Source: Actinomycetota bacterium (GTDB lineage Bacteria > Actinomycetota > Acidimicrobiia > IMCC26256 > VFJJ01). From it: DNA of 64,000 nucleotides. Where the stretch lies: positions 642 to 64,641 of the forward strand of contig VFJJ01000017.1 in NCBI GenBank assembly GCA_009886115.1. The letters run 5' to 3'. The position numbers were made by a program, and so were the translations under genes. Shown here piece after piece: positions 1 to 10,161 of the stretch (positions within the stretch are counted from its first letter, which is position 1; each line of letters begins with the position of its first letter). The notes beneath the pieces were generated by a model. That model saw only the letters and a program-made list of their open reading frames with translations. It was not told the origin of the DNA and ran no database searches.

Positions 1-598
1 TGCCCCAGTGCACGGCGATGGGCACGTCGAGCGCCTGAGCCTCGGCCCACAACGGATCGAATGCCGGGTCGTCGAGGTTGCGCCCGTTGACGTTCGGTGG
101 GACCGTGCCGCCCAGCAGGCCCAGCTCGTTGACGCTCCGCCGAAGCTCGTCGACCGCAGCCGACACGTCTCCCAGAGGCAGCGCCGCCATGGCTCGCAGG
201 CGGGTCGGGGCGCCAGAGCAGAACGACGCGTAGTAGTCGTTGCACGCCCGAGCGAGCGCGGTCGCGAATCCCGTGTCACGCACCGAGGTGACCGCGAGCC
301 CGAGGCTGCCGTAGATCACCTGCACATCGAACCCCTCGAGATCGAGATCTGCGAGACGGGCCAGGGGGTCGGAGGCTCCGGGTCGGCTCCCGCCGAGCTT
401 CACGCCCTCGACGCCCTTCGAGTGCGCCTGACGCAACCGCGTGTCGGGGTACAGCTGGCCCTCCATCATGATCCGGCTGAGCCCGAGCGTGTCCTTGACC
501 AGGATGGGTCGCCGCGACCGGTACGTCGGGTCCATGAGATCGGCGATGGCATCGAGTGGCTCGTTGACATGGCCGTCTGCATCGATCACCAGGCTCAT
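1..598 (-). CDS. Amidohydrolase_2 family protein (runs off the window edge; missing from the ORF track)
   Basis: Manual translation from ATG at 598: MSLVIDADGHVNEP...ARLADLDLEGFDVQVIYG...ACNDY...DPLWAEAQALDVPIAVH; GGGGGA RBS upstream. Confidence 0.9.
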   Translation of the reverse strand, partial: MSLVIDADGHVNEPLDAIADLMDPTYRSRRPILVKDTLGLSRIMMEGQLYPDTRLRQAHSKGVEGVKLGGSRPGASDPLARLADLDLEGFDVQVIYGSLGLAVTSVRDTGFATALARACNDYYASFCSGAPTRLRAMAALPLGDVSAAVDELRRSVNELGLLGGTVPPNVNGRNLDDPAFDPLWAEAQALDVPIAVHWG

Positions 599-690
599 CG
601 TCCCCCCAGTGCTGCGCTGTCGTTCTTCATGAGTTCGTGGAGCCGCCGGCCGGCCGCCGCCGGTCGAGTCCGGCCGCTCGCCTTCGGACG

Positions 691-708
691 AAATGAGTAT
701 ACTGAGTC
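691..708. promoter_or_regulatory. Palindromic operator copy 1 (aaaTGAGTATACTGAgtc)
   Basis: Divergent intergenic region; matches five other copies; contains TATACT -10-like hexamers on both strands. Confidence 0.75.
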
Positions 709-763
709 TTTCTCGATGCTGCCCTGGCGCTGTGACGCCACGGAGCCGGAGCGAGGGGGAGTG

Positions 764-1516
764 GTGGACTTCGACGGTCGCGTTGTCATCGTCACGGGAG
801 CGGCTCGAGGGCTGGGTCGGGAGTACGCATCGTTCTTCGCTACCGAGGGAGCGAGCGTCGTGGTCGCCGACATCGCGGCCGACGCCGCCACGGCGACCGC
901 GGCCGACATCGCGCTGACCACCAAGGGGCGCTTGATCGCGGTGGGCGTCGATGTCGCCGACCCGACGAGCACCGTGGCGTTGGCCGAACGCACCGTCGCC
1001 GAGCTCGGCCGCGTCGACGTGCTCGTCAACAACGCGGGCATCTGGGGTGATCTCGAACGCATGTCGCTCATCGACACGCCTGACGCCTACTGGGACACCG
1101 TGATGGGCGTCAACGTCAAGGGCGCGCTGCTGTGCACCCAGGCGGTTGCGCCCACGATGCGGCGACAGCGTTCGGGTCGGATCATCAACATCTCGTCGAT
1201 GGGCGCCTACATGCCCAGTGGCGTGTACGGGGTGAGCAAGCTCGCGCTGAACCAGCTCACCTATGCCCTGGCGTCGGAGCTCGGCCCCGACGGGATCACG
1301 GTGAACGCCGTGGCTCCGGGCGCGATCGACAACGAGGCCACGCAACGTCAGGTCCCGCCGGCGGGCATGGAGAAGATGATCGCGGGCACGTTCATGAAGC
1401 GCGCCGGCACAGCGAGCGACGTCTTTGGGATGATCCGGTATCTCGCCAGCGATGCCGCCGCTTGGGTGACCGGTCAGACGTTCCTGGTGAACGGCGGCTT
1501 CAACACGCGGCTGTGA
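764..1516 (+). CDS. SDR family NAD(P)-dependent oxidoreductase
   Basis: TGAARGLG, NNAG and YGVSK motifs; GAGGGGG RBS before GTG 761/764; the upstream part of ORF 8..1516 is antisense shadow. Confidence 0.92.
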   Translation: MDFDGRVVIVTGAARGLGREYASFFATEGASVVVADIAADAATATAADIALTTKGRLIAVGVDVADPTSTVALAERTVAELGRVDVLVNNAGIWGDLERMSLIDTPDAYWDTVMGVNVKGALLCTQAVAPTMRRQRSGRIINISSMGAYMPSGVYGVSKLALNQLTYALASELGPDGITVNAVAPGAIDNEATQRQVPPAGMEKMIAGTFMKRAGTASDVFGMIRYLASDAAAWVTGQTFLVNGGFNTRL

Positions 1517-1536
1517 GCGGCTCGACAGGAGATCGC

Positions 1537-3222
1537 ATGACCACCCCGATCGCGACCACGATGTCGGGCGGAGAGGCGGTGGCCGTGGCCCTGGAAGGGC
1601 TCGGCGTCAGCCACGTGTTCGGGATCGTCAGCGTGCACAACGTCCCCATCCTCGACGCGATCGCCCGCTCGGGCGTGATCGAGCTCGTCGAGTGCCGACA
1701 CGAGCAAGGGGCCGTGCACGCGGCCGATGGTTACGCCCGGGCGACGGGCCGGCTCGGTGTGGCCGTCACCAGCACCGGACCAGGCGCCGCCAACGCCATG
1801 GGCGGCCTGTTCGAGGCCTACTTCGCGTCGTCGCCCGTCCTCATGATCACCGGCCAGGTCGAATCAGACAGTTATGGCCGGGGGAAGGGCGTGCTGCACG
1901 AGGCCGAGAGCCAGCTCTCGATGCTGCGGACGGTGACCCGTCGCTCTGAGCACGTGCGCCGTCACGGCGAGATCGTCGACGTCATCCACCATGTCGTCGC
2001 CGACATCCTCTCGGGCCGGCCGCGCCCGGGGGCCATCGAGATCCCGATCGACCTCCAGTACGCACACGGCGAGACCGTGGTCCGGCCCCCGTTACCCGTG
2101 GAGCGGCGAGCCCCCGACGAGGCTTCGATCGGGCGGGCCGTCACGCTCGTGCGCGAGGCGCGCCGACCACTCATCGTCGCCGGAGGAGGAGCCGTGGGTG
2201 GCGACGCGGGCGAGGCGCTCGTCGCGCTCGCCGAGCGCCTCGATGCCCCGGTCCTGACGACGATCGAAGGTCGTGGCGCCATCGCCGAGGACCATCCCCT
2301 CGCCATAGGACCCAACACCGACCTGTCGTCCATGGACTCCCTGTGGGCCGACGCCGACGTCGTCCTCGCCGTGGGCACCCGGTTCCAGCAGAACAACAAC
2401 GTGCACAAGGCGCTCACGATCCCAGGCCGGCTGGTCCACCTCGATGCCGACGTCGAGACGATCGGTCGGATCCATCCGGTCGACGTCGCCCTCGTCGGCG
2501 ACGCCCGCCTCGGGCTCGAGGCCATCATCGATGGTCTCGACGGCCTGAGCGGCCGGGGTGACGCAACGCCCGACCCGGCATGGGCCGACGGCGCCCGGGC
2601 ACTCCGGGCCCAGGCCCAGGCCGAGACCCGAGACTCGATCGGCCCCGACCTCGAGTCGATCATGGACTCGATCCGCAGCACGTTGCCCCGGGAGGCGATC
2701 GTCGCCAAGGACGCCACGGTCTCGGCGTACCTCTGGGGCAATCGGATGCTGCCGGTGCTGGCCCCGCGCACCACCCTCCGGCCGGTGTCGATGGCGATCG
2801 GCCCTGGCGTTCCCCTGGCGATCGGCGCGGCCGTGGCGACCGGGCGGACGACCGTGGTGATCCAGGGCGACGGAGGCCTGATGCTGAGCCTGGGAGAGTT
2901 GGCGGTCGCGGTGCAAAAGGAGCTGCCGCTCGTGGTCTGTGTGTTCAACGACCGGGGCTATGGGATCCTGCGCTTCCTGCAGGACATGACGATGGGCGGT
3001 CGGAGGACGGGCGTCGAGCTGGCCACGCCCGATTTCGCCGCGCTGGCCCGGGCCGTCGGCATGCAGGCAGCCAACGTCACCTCGGCTGCCGAGTTCGCGG
3101 CCTCGTTCAGTGCCGCCGTCGAGTCCCGCCGTCCCTGGCTCCTCGACATCGATCTGACGGCCTTGGCGCCCATGCAGATCCGACCGCAACGCCCGAGCAC
3201 GCGCCCACCGCAGGCGCGATAG
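1537..3222 (+). CDS. Thiamine diphosphate-dependent enzyme (acetolactate synthase large subunit-like)
   Basis: RHEQGA catalytic Glu, TSTGPGAAN, GDGG...NDRGYG ThDP motif; AGGAG RBS. Confidence 0.92.
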   Translation: MTTPIATTMSGGEAVAVALEGLGVSHVFGIVSVHNVPILDAIARSGVIELVECRHEQGAVHAADGYARATGRLGVAVTSTGPGAANAMGGLFEAYFASSPVLMITGQVESDSYGRGKGVLHEAESQLSMLRTVTRRSEHVRRHGEIVDVIHHVVADILSGRPRPGAIEIPIDLQYAHGETVVRPPLPVERRAPDEASIGRAVTLVREARRPLIVAGGGAVGGDAGEALVALAERLDAPVLTTIEGRGAIAEDHPLAIGPNTDLSSMDSLWADADVVLAVGTRFQQNNNVHKALTIPGRLVHLDADVETIGRIHPVDVALVGDARLGLEAIIDGLDGLSGRGDATPDPAWADGARALRAQAQAETRDSIGPDLESIMDSIRSTLPREAIVAKDATVSAYLWGNRMLPVLAPRTTLRPVSMAIGPGVPLAIGAAVATGRTTVVIQGDGGLMLSLGELAVAVQKELPLVVCVFNDRGYGILRFLQDMTMGGRRTGVELATPDFAALARAVGMQAANVTSAAEFAASFSAAVESRRPWLLDIDLTALAPMQIRPQRPSTRPPQAR

Positions 3223-3305
3223 CTGCGCCACCCCGAGTCTGCGCGCGTTCGCACCGGGGGTGCGCGAGACCGCGAAGCGCTGGTGATGTTCCGGGTCATT
3301 TTTGC

Positions 3306-4454
3306 CTACGCCATCCGCAGGTAGCGCTCGGCGTTCTCAGACATGAGCTTGCGCATGCTGGCTTCGGGGATGTTCCAGCCGAGGACCTCATCGGTCGACT
3401 CGGGGAAGTAGCACTGGTCGTGCGGGTAGTCGGACTGGAACATGATGGCGCCGTCGCCGATCACCTCGATGATCGACCGCACGATCGCCGGGCCCTCGTA
3501 AAGGTCGACACCGCAGAACACGCGGCCGCTCGCGGTGTACTCGAGCGGGCTCTGCTTGCGCGGGGCCAGGGTTGCGTGCAGGTAGTCGGCCTGGCCCTCC
3601 AGACGCACGAGCCACGCCGGGAGCCACCCCGCGCTGCATTCGGCGAATCCGATGCGCAGGTTCGGGAACCGGTCGAAGAGGCCCGAGAGCAACGCGTACC
3701 CGAGCAGGCGCTGTGCACCCCACGGATGCGCTGCCGCCCGGGCCACGGCGATGTGGCCCCAGATGTCGCGATAGCCGGGGAAGTACGGCGGCTCGTAGAA
3801 GAACGAGTGGTGCAGGATCGGAAGGTCGGCATCGTCCATCGCCTCCCAGATCGGGTGCAGATCGGGATCGTCGATGGGCAGGCCCTCCGGCAACACCACG
3901 GTGACCGCGGCGACGCAGCGCTCATCTGCCAGCCGGCGGATCTCGGTGGCCGCCCACGTCGGATCCCAACCGGGCGCCAGCACCGTTGCCTTCAGGCGTG
4001 AGGGGTCGGGCGAGCAGTAGTCGACGATGTACCGGTTGTAGGCCGCGTGGATCTCGGTGGCGAGGTCGTGGTCGATGACGCTGATGGCGTTGGCGAAGGT
4101 GCCGGGGATGATCACGTCGACGTCGCGGCCCTCGGTGTCCATGTCGAGCAACCGGCCGGCCGAGTTCGTCCCCGAAACCCCGGGCTGGGGCTGGCCCCGG
4201 AAGTTGCTTCCCGTCTGGCCCTTGAGCGAGGGGGTACCGCCCCGCTCGGCCGCGGCGGCGTCGCCCTTCTCGCCCATCGCCCGCTTGTAGGGATAGGGGC
4301 TGATGCTCAAGCCGGTGCCGTCACGGCCCTGGAACTCGTACGGCGCGAGCTCAGGTCGGCGACGTCGGAGCGCGTCGGATCCGTAGTCGTACAAGATGTC
4401 GGCGGTCGGTCCGACGTGCGTGTCGGTGTCGATGATCCGATAGCCGTTCCTCAT
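3306..4454 (-). CDS. Amidohydrolase_2 family protein
   Basis: IIDTDTHV, DMDTEGRD, FAECSAGW, FQSDYPH; close paralogue of 27699..28859. Confidence 0.9.
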   Translation of the reverse strand: MRNGYRIIDTDTHVGPTADILYDYGSDALRRRRPELAPYEFQGRDGTGLSISPYPYKRAMGEKGDAAAAERGGTPSLKGQTGSNFRGQPQPGVSGTNSAGRLLDMDTEGRDVDVIIPGTFANAISVIDHDLATEIHAAYNRYIVDYCSPDPSRLKATVLAPGWDPTWAATEIRRLADERCVAAVTVVLPEGLPIDDPDLHPIWEAMDDADLPILHHSFFYEPPYFPGYRDIWGHIAVARAAAHPWGAQRLLGYALLSGLFDRFPNLRIGFAECSAGWLPAWLVRLEGQADYLHATLAPRKQSPLEYTASGRVFCGVDLYEGPAIVRSIIEVIGDGAIMFQSDYPHDQCYFPESTDEVLGWNIPEASMRKLMSENAERYLRMA

Positions 4455-4481
4455 GGTGGGCCCTTCGTCATGTCGTCGTGA

Positions 4482-5060
4482 TCATCCGGCGGCGCTCGAG
4501 CCCCGCATCACCCCGAGGTGCGGGTCGTCGGGGTGTTCGGCCTCGATCCCCAGTGTCCGCAACGTCCGAGACACGCAGGCGTAGAACGCTGCAGTCAGCA
4601 CCAGCTCCACCACGGCGCCGGGATCGAACCACTCGCCGAGCGCGGCGACGGTCTCTCCGGTGGCCTCGACGCCGGAGGTCATCTCGTCGGTCAATGCCAG
4701 GACGGCCCGTTCGACGGGCGAGAAGACCGACGCCGAGGCCGATCGCCAGTGGGCCAAGGCACCGAGCTGTTCCTCGGTGATCCCGAACCGGACGGCTTCG
4801 GGCCAGTGGGCCTGCCATTCGTACGACGCCTCGGTGACCTGTGCGAGCCGCATGATGATGAGCTCCCGCAGCCCACGGTCGGTTTGGGCCCGCTGGCGCA
4901 GGGGCCAGGCCATCGCCGTCCACGCCTTGAGCATCTCGGGGGCGTTGCCGAGGGTCCGGTAGAGCACCGGCACCGGGCGCCCTGCGCCGCGGAAGAGGTC
5001 GAAGACCTCAGCCAACACCGGGTCGGTGGAATCCTCGGGAACCAGGGGGATGCGCACCAT
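4482..5060 (-). CDS. Carboxymuconolactone decarboxylase/AhpD-like protein
   Basis: LRELIIMRLA...YEWQAH and FSPVERAVLALTDEMT patterns; no CxxC. Confidence 0.85.
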   Translation of the reverse strand: MVRIPLVPEDSTDPVLAEVFDLFRGAGRPVPVLYRTLGNAPEMLKAWTAMAWPLRQRAQTDRGLRELIIMRLAQVTEASYEWQAHWPEAVRFGITEEQLGALAHWRSASASVFSPVERAVLALTDEMTSGVEATGETVAALGEWFDPGAVVELVLTAAFYACVSRTLRTLGIEAEHPDDPHLGVMRGSSAAG

Positions 5061-5092
5061 CACACTCGACGATCTCCGTCGGTCTCGGTCGG

Positions 5093-5110
5093 AATTGAGC
5101 ATACTCTATT
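5093..5110. promoter_or_regulatory. Palindromic operator copy 2 (aatTGAGCATACTCTatt)
   Basis: In the 53-bp divergent gap; CATACT lies 8 nt before ATG 5114 (probably leaderless). Confidence 0.8.
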
Positions 5111-5113
5111 GCC

Positions 5114-6352
5114 ATGAGCGATCTTCTGGAGGGCGTCCGTGTGATCGAGTCGGCGGTCCTCCTCAACGGCGACACGCTCGGCATGCTCCTGGGTGATCTG
5201 GGGGCCGAGGTCGTCAAGGTCGAGGCCCCCGATACCGGCGACTATCTGCGCGACATGCTCGGCCAGATCGGGCCGCACCAGAGCCCAGCGCACCTGCAGG
5301 TCAACAAGAACAAGCGCAGCCTCACGCTCGACCTGCGTCGCGCGGAGGGCTTGGACGTGTTCTGGGATCTCCTCGCCACCGCCGACGTGTTCGTCGATGG
5401 TTTCGCCGGCGATGCCTGCGACCGCATGGGAATCGGTTACGACGCCCAAGCGTCGCGGCGCCCGGCGATCATCTACTGCCAGGTCTCGGGTTACGGCCGC
5501 CGGGGTCCGTATTCGGCCATCCCGACGCACGGCCAGATGATGAACGCCCAAGCGGCCGCAGTGCCGCTGCGCGTCGACTCCGACGGCTTCATTCGCGCCG
5601 TGCCCAACACGGAGTCGATGGGAGGCACGACCATCGGCGGCGACGGCACGTCAGCCGGCGCCGTGCACGCGGCATTCCACGTGGCCGCTGCGCTCGTGCG
5701 TCGACAGCGGACCGGACGGGGATGCTTCCTCGACGTCTCGGCATCCGATTCAGTCGTCGCGCAAGGCTGGATCGCAGCGGTCTACGGATGGAACGCCGAC
5801 CGGCTGACCGACCGCACAGGTCTCCGGGCCCCCGGTGAGGAGACCAACACGGGGGCCAAGTACCAGTACTACGAGACGGCCGACAATCGATTCGTGCTGT
5901 TCTGCGCGATCGAGCCCAAGTTCTGGCGGGCGTTCTGCCGGGTCTTCGACCGCGCCGACCTCGCCGACATCCAGCGTGAGGACGCCGCCGTCGACTTCGC
6001 CCGTGGTGACGACGCGCTCCGTCACGAGCTCCAGGCGTTGTTTCGCACCCGGACCCAAGCCCAATGGGTCGAGCTCGCGATCGATCACCGCCTCCCGATC
6101 GGCCCGGCTCACCAGGGCGTCGCCAGCCTGCTCGACGATCCGCACGTGCGGGCCCGCCAGATCGTCGTCGACGGATCGCATCCGACCGCCGGGCCGTTCA
6201 CCTATGTCGGCGAGCCGGTGATCGTCGACGGAGAGCCGTACCGACTCCGCCGGCCCGCACCCGGTCTCGGCGAGCACACCGACGAGATCCTCGCCGAGCT
6301 CGGCTACGACGAGGTCCGCATCGCAGGGCTCAAGTCGGCCGGTGTGGTGTGA
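5114..6352 (+). CDS. CaiB/BaiF family III CoA-transferase-like protein
   Basis: LGDLGAEVVKVE, NKNKRSLTLDL, APGLGEHTDEIL. Confidence 0.9.
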   Translation: MSDLLEGVRVIESAVLLNGDTLGMLLGDLGAEVVKVEAPDTGDYLRDMLGQIGPHQSPAHLQVNKNKRSLTLDLRRAEGLDVFWDLLATADVFVDGFAGDACDRMGIGYDAQASRRPAIIYCQVSGYGRRGPYSAIPTHGQMMNAQAAAVPLRVDSDGFIRAVPNTESMGGTTIGGDGTSAGAVHAAFHVAAALVRRQRTGRGCFLDVSASDSVVAQGWIAAVYGWNADRLTDRTGLRAPGEETNTGAKYQYYETADNRFVLFCAIEPKFWRAFCRVFDRADLADIQREDAAVDFARGDDALRHELQALFRTRTQAQWVELAIDHRLPIGPAHQGVASLLDDPHVRARQIVVDGSHPTAGPFTYVGEPVIVDGEPYRLRRPAPGLGEHTDEILAELGYDEVRIAGLKSAGVV

Positions 6353-6437
6353 CCGGTGACGCCAGCCCGCGCTCGGCCGAGCCCGTCCCGGCATCTCGCG
6401 AGACCCCGAGCCCGACGAACGAGTACAGGGAGCTGTG

Positions 6438-7337
6438 ATGCGGTTCAGCGTCTGGCCGTTGAACCACCATCCGATCAGCGACATCATCGACGTGTGCGCC
6501 CACGCCGAGCGCACCGGCTGGGACGGCGTCTGGATGGCCGACCACCTGATGCCGTCGAACCCGCCCCTCGACGCCGGCGTCACCGAGTGCTGGACGGCCA
6601 TGACCGCGATCGCCGCGGTGGTGCCTCGGGTGCGTGTCGGCTCCCTCGTGCTGGGTAACACCTTCCGGCATCCGGCGGTGCTGGCCAAGATGGCCGCAAC
6701 CTTGGCATCACTGGCCCCGGGCCGGTTGGTGCTCGGCATCGGCGCGGGTTGGCAGGAGAACGAGCATCGGGCCTATGGCATCGACCTCCCCGCTCCGCGG
6801 CTGCGCCTGGAACGGCTCGATGAGGCGTGTACCGTCGTGCGCCGCCTTCTCGACGGCGGCACTGCCAGCTCGGAACCCACCGCGCACTATCGGCTCGACG
6901 AGGCCCACCTTGCCCCCCGGCCCAGCGTTCGGGTGCCTCTCCTGCTTGGCGTCAAGGGCGACCGAGCGCTGCGCCTGGCTGCCAGGCACGCCGACGAATG
7001 GAACGTCTGGGCCAGCCCCGAGACCTTGGTCGAGCGGACGGCCGTCCTGCTGCGCCACTGCGAAGCGGAGGGCCGCGACCCGTCCACCATCAGCCGTTCA
7101 GCGCAGGCCATCGTGGCGCTGCCGGCGCCGTCAGCCCCGCCGGCCGACCGCTGGGCGAGATCGGGGATGCCACTGCTGGTCGGCTCGATCACCGAGATGC
7201 AGGACCGGCTCGGCGCCTATCTCGCAGCCGGGCTCGACGAGATGATCGTCCCCGATTTCGCCCTCGGAACCGGCGCGGCCCGACTCGACGCGCTCGACCG
7301 CTTCCTCATTGACGTGGCGGCCCCGTTTCGAGGTTGA
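6438..7337 (+). CDS. LLM-class (probably F420-dependent) oxidoreductase
   Basis: WMADH, RHPAVLAKMAATL, GRLVLGIGAGWQENEH. Confidence 0.88.
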   Translation: MRFSVWPLNHHPISDIIDVCAHAERTGWDGVWMADHLMPSNPPLDAGVTECWTAMTAIAAVVPRVRVGSLVLGNTFRHPAVLAKMAATLASLAPGRLVLGIGAGWQENEHRAYGIDLPAPRLRLERLDEACTVVRRLLDGGTASSEPTAHYRLDEAHLAPRPSVRVPLLLGVKGDRALRLAARHADEWNVWASPETLVERTAVLLRHCEAEGRDPSTISRSAQAIVALPAPSAPPADRWARSGMPLLVGSITEMQDRLGAYLAAGLDEMIVPDFALGTGAARLDALDRFLIDVAAPFRG

Positions 7338-7373
7338 GACCACAGCCTCCCGGCTCGCGGCTCCCGGCGCTGC

Positions 7374-9080
7374 TCAGCCGCGGCGTCGGCGTATCAGCGC
7401 TCCGGGCAGGGCTCCGGTGTGCTCACCGTTGTCGAGAACCACCTGTCCGCCGACGATCGTGGCGAGCATCCCGGAGGCCCGCTGCGTCAGGCGGGTCGCT
7501 CCCGCAGGGAAGTCGTGGGCGACCTCGGGCAGGCGGGCACCCACCGCAACGGGGTCGATCACGTTCAGGTCGGCGACGAAGCCCTCGCGCACCAGACCCC
7601 GATCGGAGAAGCCCCACAGCGTCGACGGGACGAGCGTCAGCATCCTCACCGCCTGCTCGATCGTGAACACCTGGCGCTCGCGCACCCACGAGCTCAGCAG
7701 ATGCGTCGCCAGGGAGGCGTTCATGATCTGGCTCACGTGCGCTCCGGCGTCGGAGAACGTCATCACGGTACGAGGGTGCTCGAGGATCTGCTGCACGTCG
7801 TTCAGGTTGTCGTTGCTCGTCACCTGGAGGAAGAAGGTCGCGAATCCCGACTCCAGCCCGAGGTCGATCATGGCCTCGACCGGATGCACACCCCGATCGG
7901 CGGCCACCCGGGCGAGCGTCGGCGCGTCGCGCTGGGCCCGTAGCACCACGATCCTTTCGAAGATCGGCTTCGTCGCGACTTCCTTGCCCAGCCGGAAGTC
8001 GCCCTGGCCCACCGCGGCAACGAGTCGCGCGCGAACGTCGGGGTCGCGCAGCGCCTGCGCCTGGACGGTGAGCGGCAACCCCCTGACCTCGGTCCACGCC
8101 GGGATCTGGTCGAAAGGCAGCCAGGTCGCGAAGTTGAACAGCGCGCCCGACGCCTGGCAGCTGGTCTGACCCCAGAGCTGTCCGCCGTCGAGCGCGGCAT
8201 CGTCGAGCAGCCGGAGCAGCTCCTGCCAGCGCTGAGGATCACCGAACGTCGAGATCCCGAAGGTCGTGGGCACCCCGGTGCTCACCGCCAAGGCGCGGAG
8301 CCGGCTCATCGACTCGGCGCGCGCGGGTGCGTCGGTCGAGGCCATCACGGATTCGTTGGCCAGCTCGAACAGCCCGCCTCCGGCCGCTCCCATGGTCGAG
8401 ACGAGGTGCTCGATCTCGTCCCATGCTGCGACACGCGACGCCACCGGACGCCCGGCGGGTGTGGTGTGATGCTCGCTGCGCGACGTCGTGAACCCCACCG
8501 CTCCCGCGGCGAGACCGTCGCGCAGCTCGCGTTCCATGGCCACGAGGTCGTCGGGCGTCGCCAACTCCTCGAAGGCCCGCAAACCCATCGCATAGGTGCG
8601 CAGCGCCGAGTGGCCGATGTTGGCAGCGACGTTGATCCCCTTGGGGAGCCGTTCGACGACGTCGAGGTATTCGCGGAAGGTCTCCCACCCGAAGCGGACG
8701 CCAGCGGCGAGCGCTTCGGCGGGGATGTCTTCGGCCTTCTCGAGATTGTCGATCACCAGCTCCCGTTGGCCCGATCGCGACGGAGCCAGGGTGAAGCCAC
8801 AGTTCCCCGTGACTACGGTCGTCACGCCGTGCCAGCACGACGACGTGCCCAGGGGATCCCAGAACATCTGGGCGTCGAGATGGGTGTGGCCGTCGATGAA
8901 CCCCGGGGTCACGATGTGTCCGTGGGCGTCGATCTCCCGCGCCCCGCGACCGTCCACCCGACCGATTGCGACGATGCGACCGTTGCTGAGAGCCACGTCG
9001 GCCGGTCGAGCCGGCATGCCAGTGCCGTCGACGACCGTTCCGTTGCGGATCACGAGGTCGTGGGAGCTCATCCTGTGCAC
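7374..9080 (-). CDS. N-acyl-D-amino-acid deacylase family amidohydrolase
   Basis: NGTVVDGTG, PGFIDGHTH, GNCGF, SDAGAH; AGGAGG RBS before GTG. Confidence 0.9.
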   Translation of the reverse strand: MHRMSSHDLVIRNGTVVDGTGMPARPADVALSNGRIVAIGRVDGRGAREIDAHGHIVTPGFIDGHTHLDAQMFWDPLGTSSCWHGVTTVVTGNCGFTLAPSRSGQRELVIDNLEKAEDIPAEALAAGVRFGWETFREYLDVVERLPKGINVAANIGHSALRTYAMGLRAFEELATPDDLVAMERELRDGLAAGAVGFTTSRSEHHTTPAGRPVASRVAAWDEIEHLVSTMGAAGGGLFELANESVMASTDAPARAESMSRLRALAVSTGVPTTFGISTFGDPQRWQELLRLLDDAALDGGQLWGQTSCQASGALFNFATWLPFDQIPAWTEVRGLPLTVQAQALRDPDVRARLVAAVGQGDFRLGKEVATKPIFERIVVLRAQRDAPTLARVAADRGVHPVEAMIDLGLESGFATFFLQVTSNDNLNDVQQILEHPRTVMTFSDAGAHVSQIMNASLATHLLSSWVRERQVFTIEQAVRMLTLVPSTLWGFSDRGLVREGFVADLNVIDPVAVGARLPEVAHDFPAGATRLTQRASGMLATIVGGQVVLDNGEHTGALPGALIRRRRG

Positions 9081-9115
9081 GAGCCTCCTCTGGACGCGGC
9101 GCCGTGTTTCGTCGA

Positions 9116-9133
9116 TGATCAGGATACTGAATC
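9116..9133. promoter_or_regulatory. Palindromic operator copy 3 (tgaTCAGGATACTGAatc)
   Basis: Divergent gap 9080/9226; 11/12 match to TCAGTATACTGA. Confidence 0.72.
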
Positions 9134-9225
9134 CGGGCCGTCACGTGCGGCGGGTCCGAAGCTGCCGGGTGCTCGGGAGCGTTCCTCGGTGATCGTGACC
9201 GCTCCCCGACGACCAAGGAGATCCG

Positions 9226-10161
9226 ATGACCGACGAGGGAATCATCGACACGCACGTCCACTTCTGGGACCACGCCGTCGAAGGCCTCGAGTGGGCCTGG
9301 CTCAAGCCTGGCTTCACGTTCCGGCGCTGGGAGGCGTCGGCGGACATCGACGCCACCCGGTTCTCGGTTTCGGAGCTCGACCAGGAATCGGCTGGAAGCG
9401 GCATCGTGGCCATCGTCCACGGGCACTGCGCCGACCCGATCGACGATCCGGCGACCGAGACCGCATGGCTGGAGTCGCTGGCCGAGCGCCACGGCACTCC
9501 CGAGGCGATCGTCGGTCGGTGTGCGCTCGCCGATCCCGGCGCCGTCGGCCTCCTGCACCGTCACGCGTCGTACTCCCGGTTCCGGGGCGTGCGCGATCAC
9601 GGAGCGATGGGCCACCTCGACCGCGACGAGATCGCGGCGGCCATGGATGCCATCGCCGAGATGGCGTCGTCGGTCGAGGTCCGCCGCGACCATCGCGAAC
9701 TCGCCGTGCTCGACGACATCGCGGCGCGCTGGCCGACCGTCACCGTGGCCCTCACCCACGCCTGCCTCCCCCTCGAACGCACGAGCGCACAACGAGCCGA
9801 GTGGTCCGAGGCGATGCGCGGCCTCGGCGAGCGTCCGAACATCGTGTGCAAGATCTCGGCCGTCGCCGGGGCGTCCGATCCCGACTGGACGATCGAAAGC
9901 ATCCGGCCCTGGATCCTGGGCTGTGTCGAGGCCTTCGGGCCCGACCGGTGCATGCTCGGCTCGAACTGGCCGGTCGACCGACAGTTTTCCACCTACCCCC
10001 GGCTCATCGACGCGTACCGACACGTGCTCGCCGAGCTCGACCCCGTCGAACGAGCTGCCGTCATGAGCGGCACCGCGAGACGGGTCTATCGGATCACGCC
10101 GCGCGCGACAGCTCCTGACGACGTTGCTCACTCGGGCCCGAGTGCCGAGGAGCGGGAATGA
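9226..10161 (+). CDS. Amidohydrolase family, lactonase-like (COG3618 type)
   Basis: IIDTHVHFWD, CKISA, FGPDRCMLGSNWP; paralogue of 24846..25736. Confidence 0.88.
   Translation: MTDEGIIDTHVHFWDHAVEGLEWAWLKPGFTFRRWEASADIDATRFSVSELDQESAGSGIVAIVHGHCADPIDDPATETAWLESLAERHGTPEAIVGRCALADPGAVGLLHRHASYSRFRGVRDHGAMGHLDRDEIAAAMDAIAEMASSVEVRRDHRELAVLDDIAARWPTVTVALTHACLPLERTSAQRAEWSEAMRGLGERPNIVCKISAVAGASDPDWTIESIRPWILGCVEAFGPDRCMLGSNWPVDRQFSTYPRLIDAYRHVLAELDPVERAAVMSGTARRVYRITPRATAPDDVAHSGPSAEERE

Noticed and set aside
8-760. N-terminal 250 aa of ORF 8..1516
   Set aside because: Antisense shadow of the minus-strand amidohydrolase (1..598); the SDR starts at 761/764
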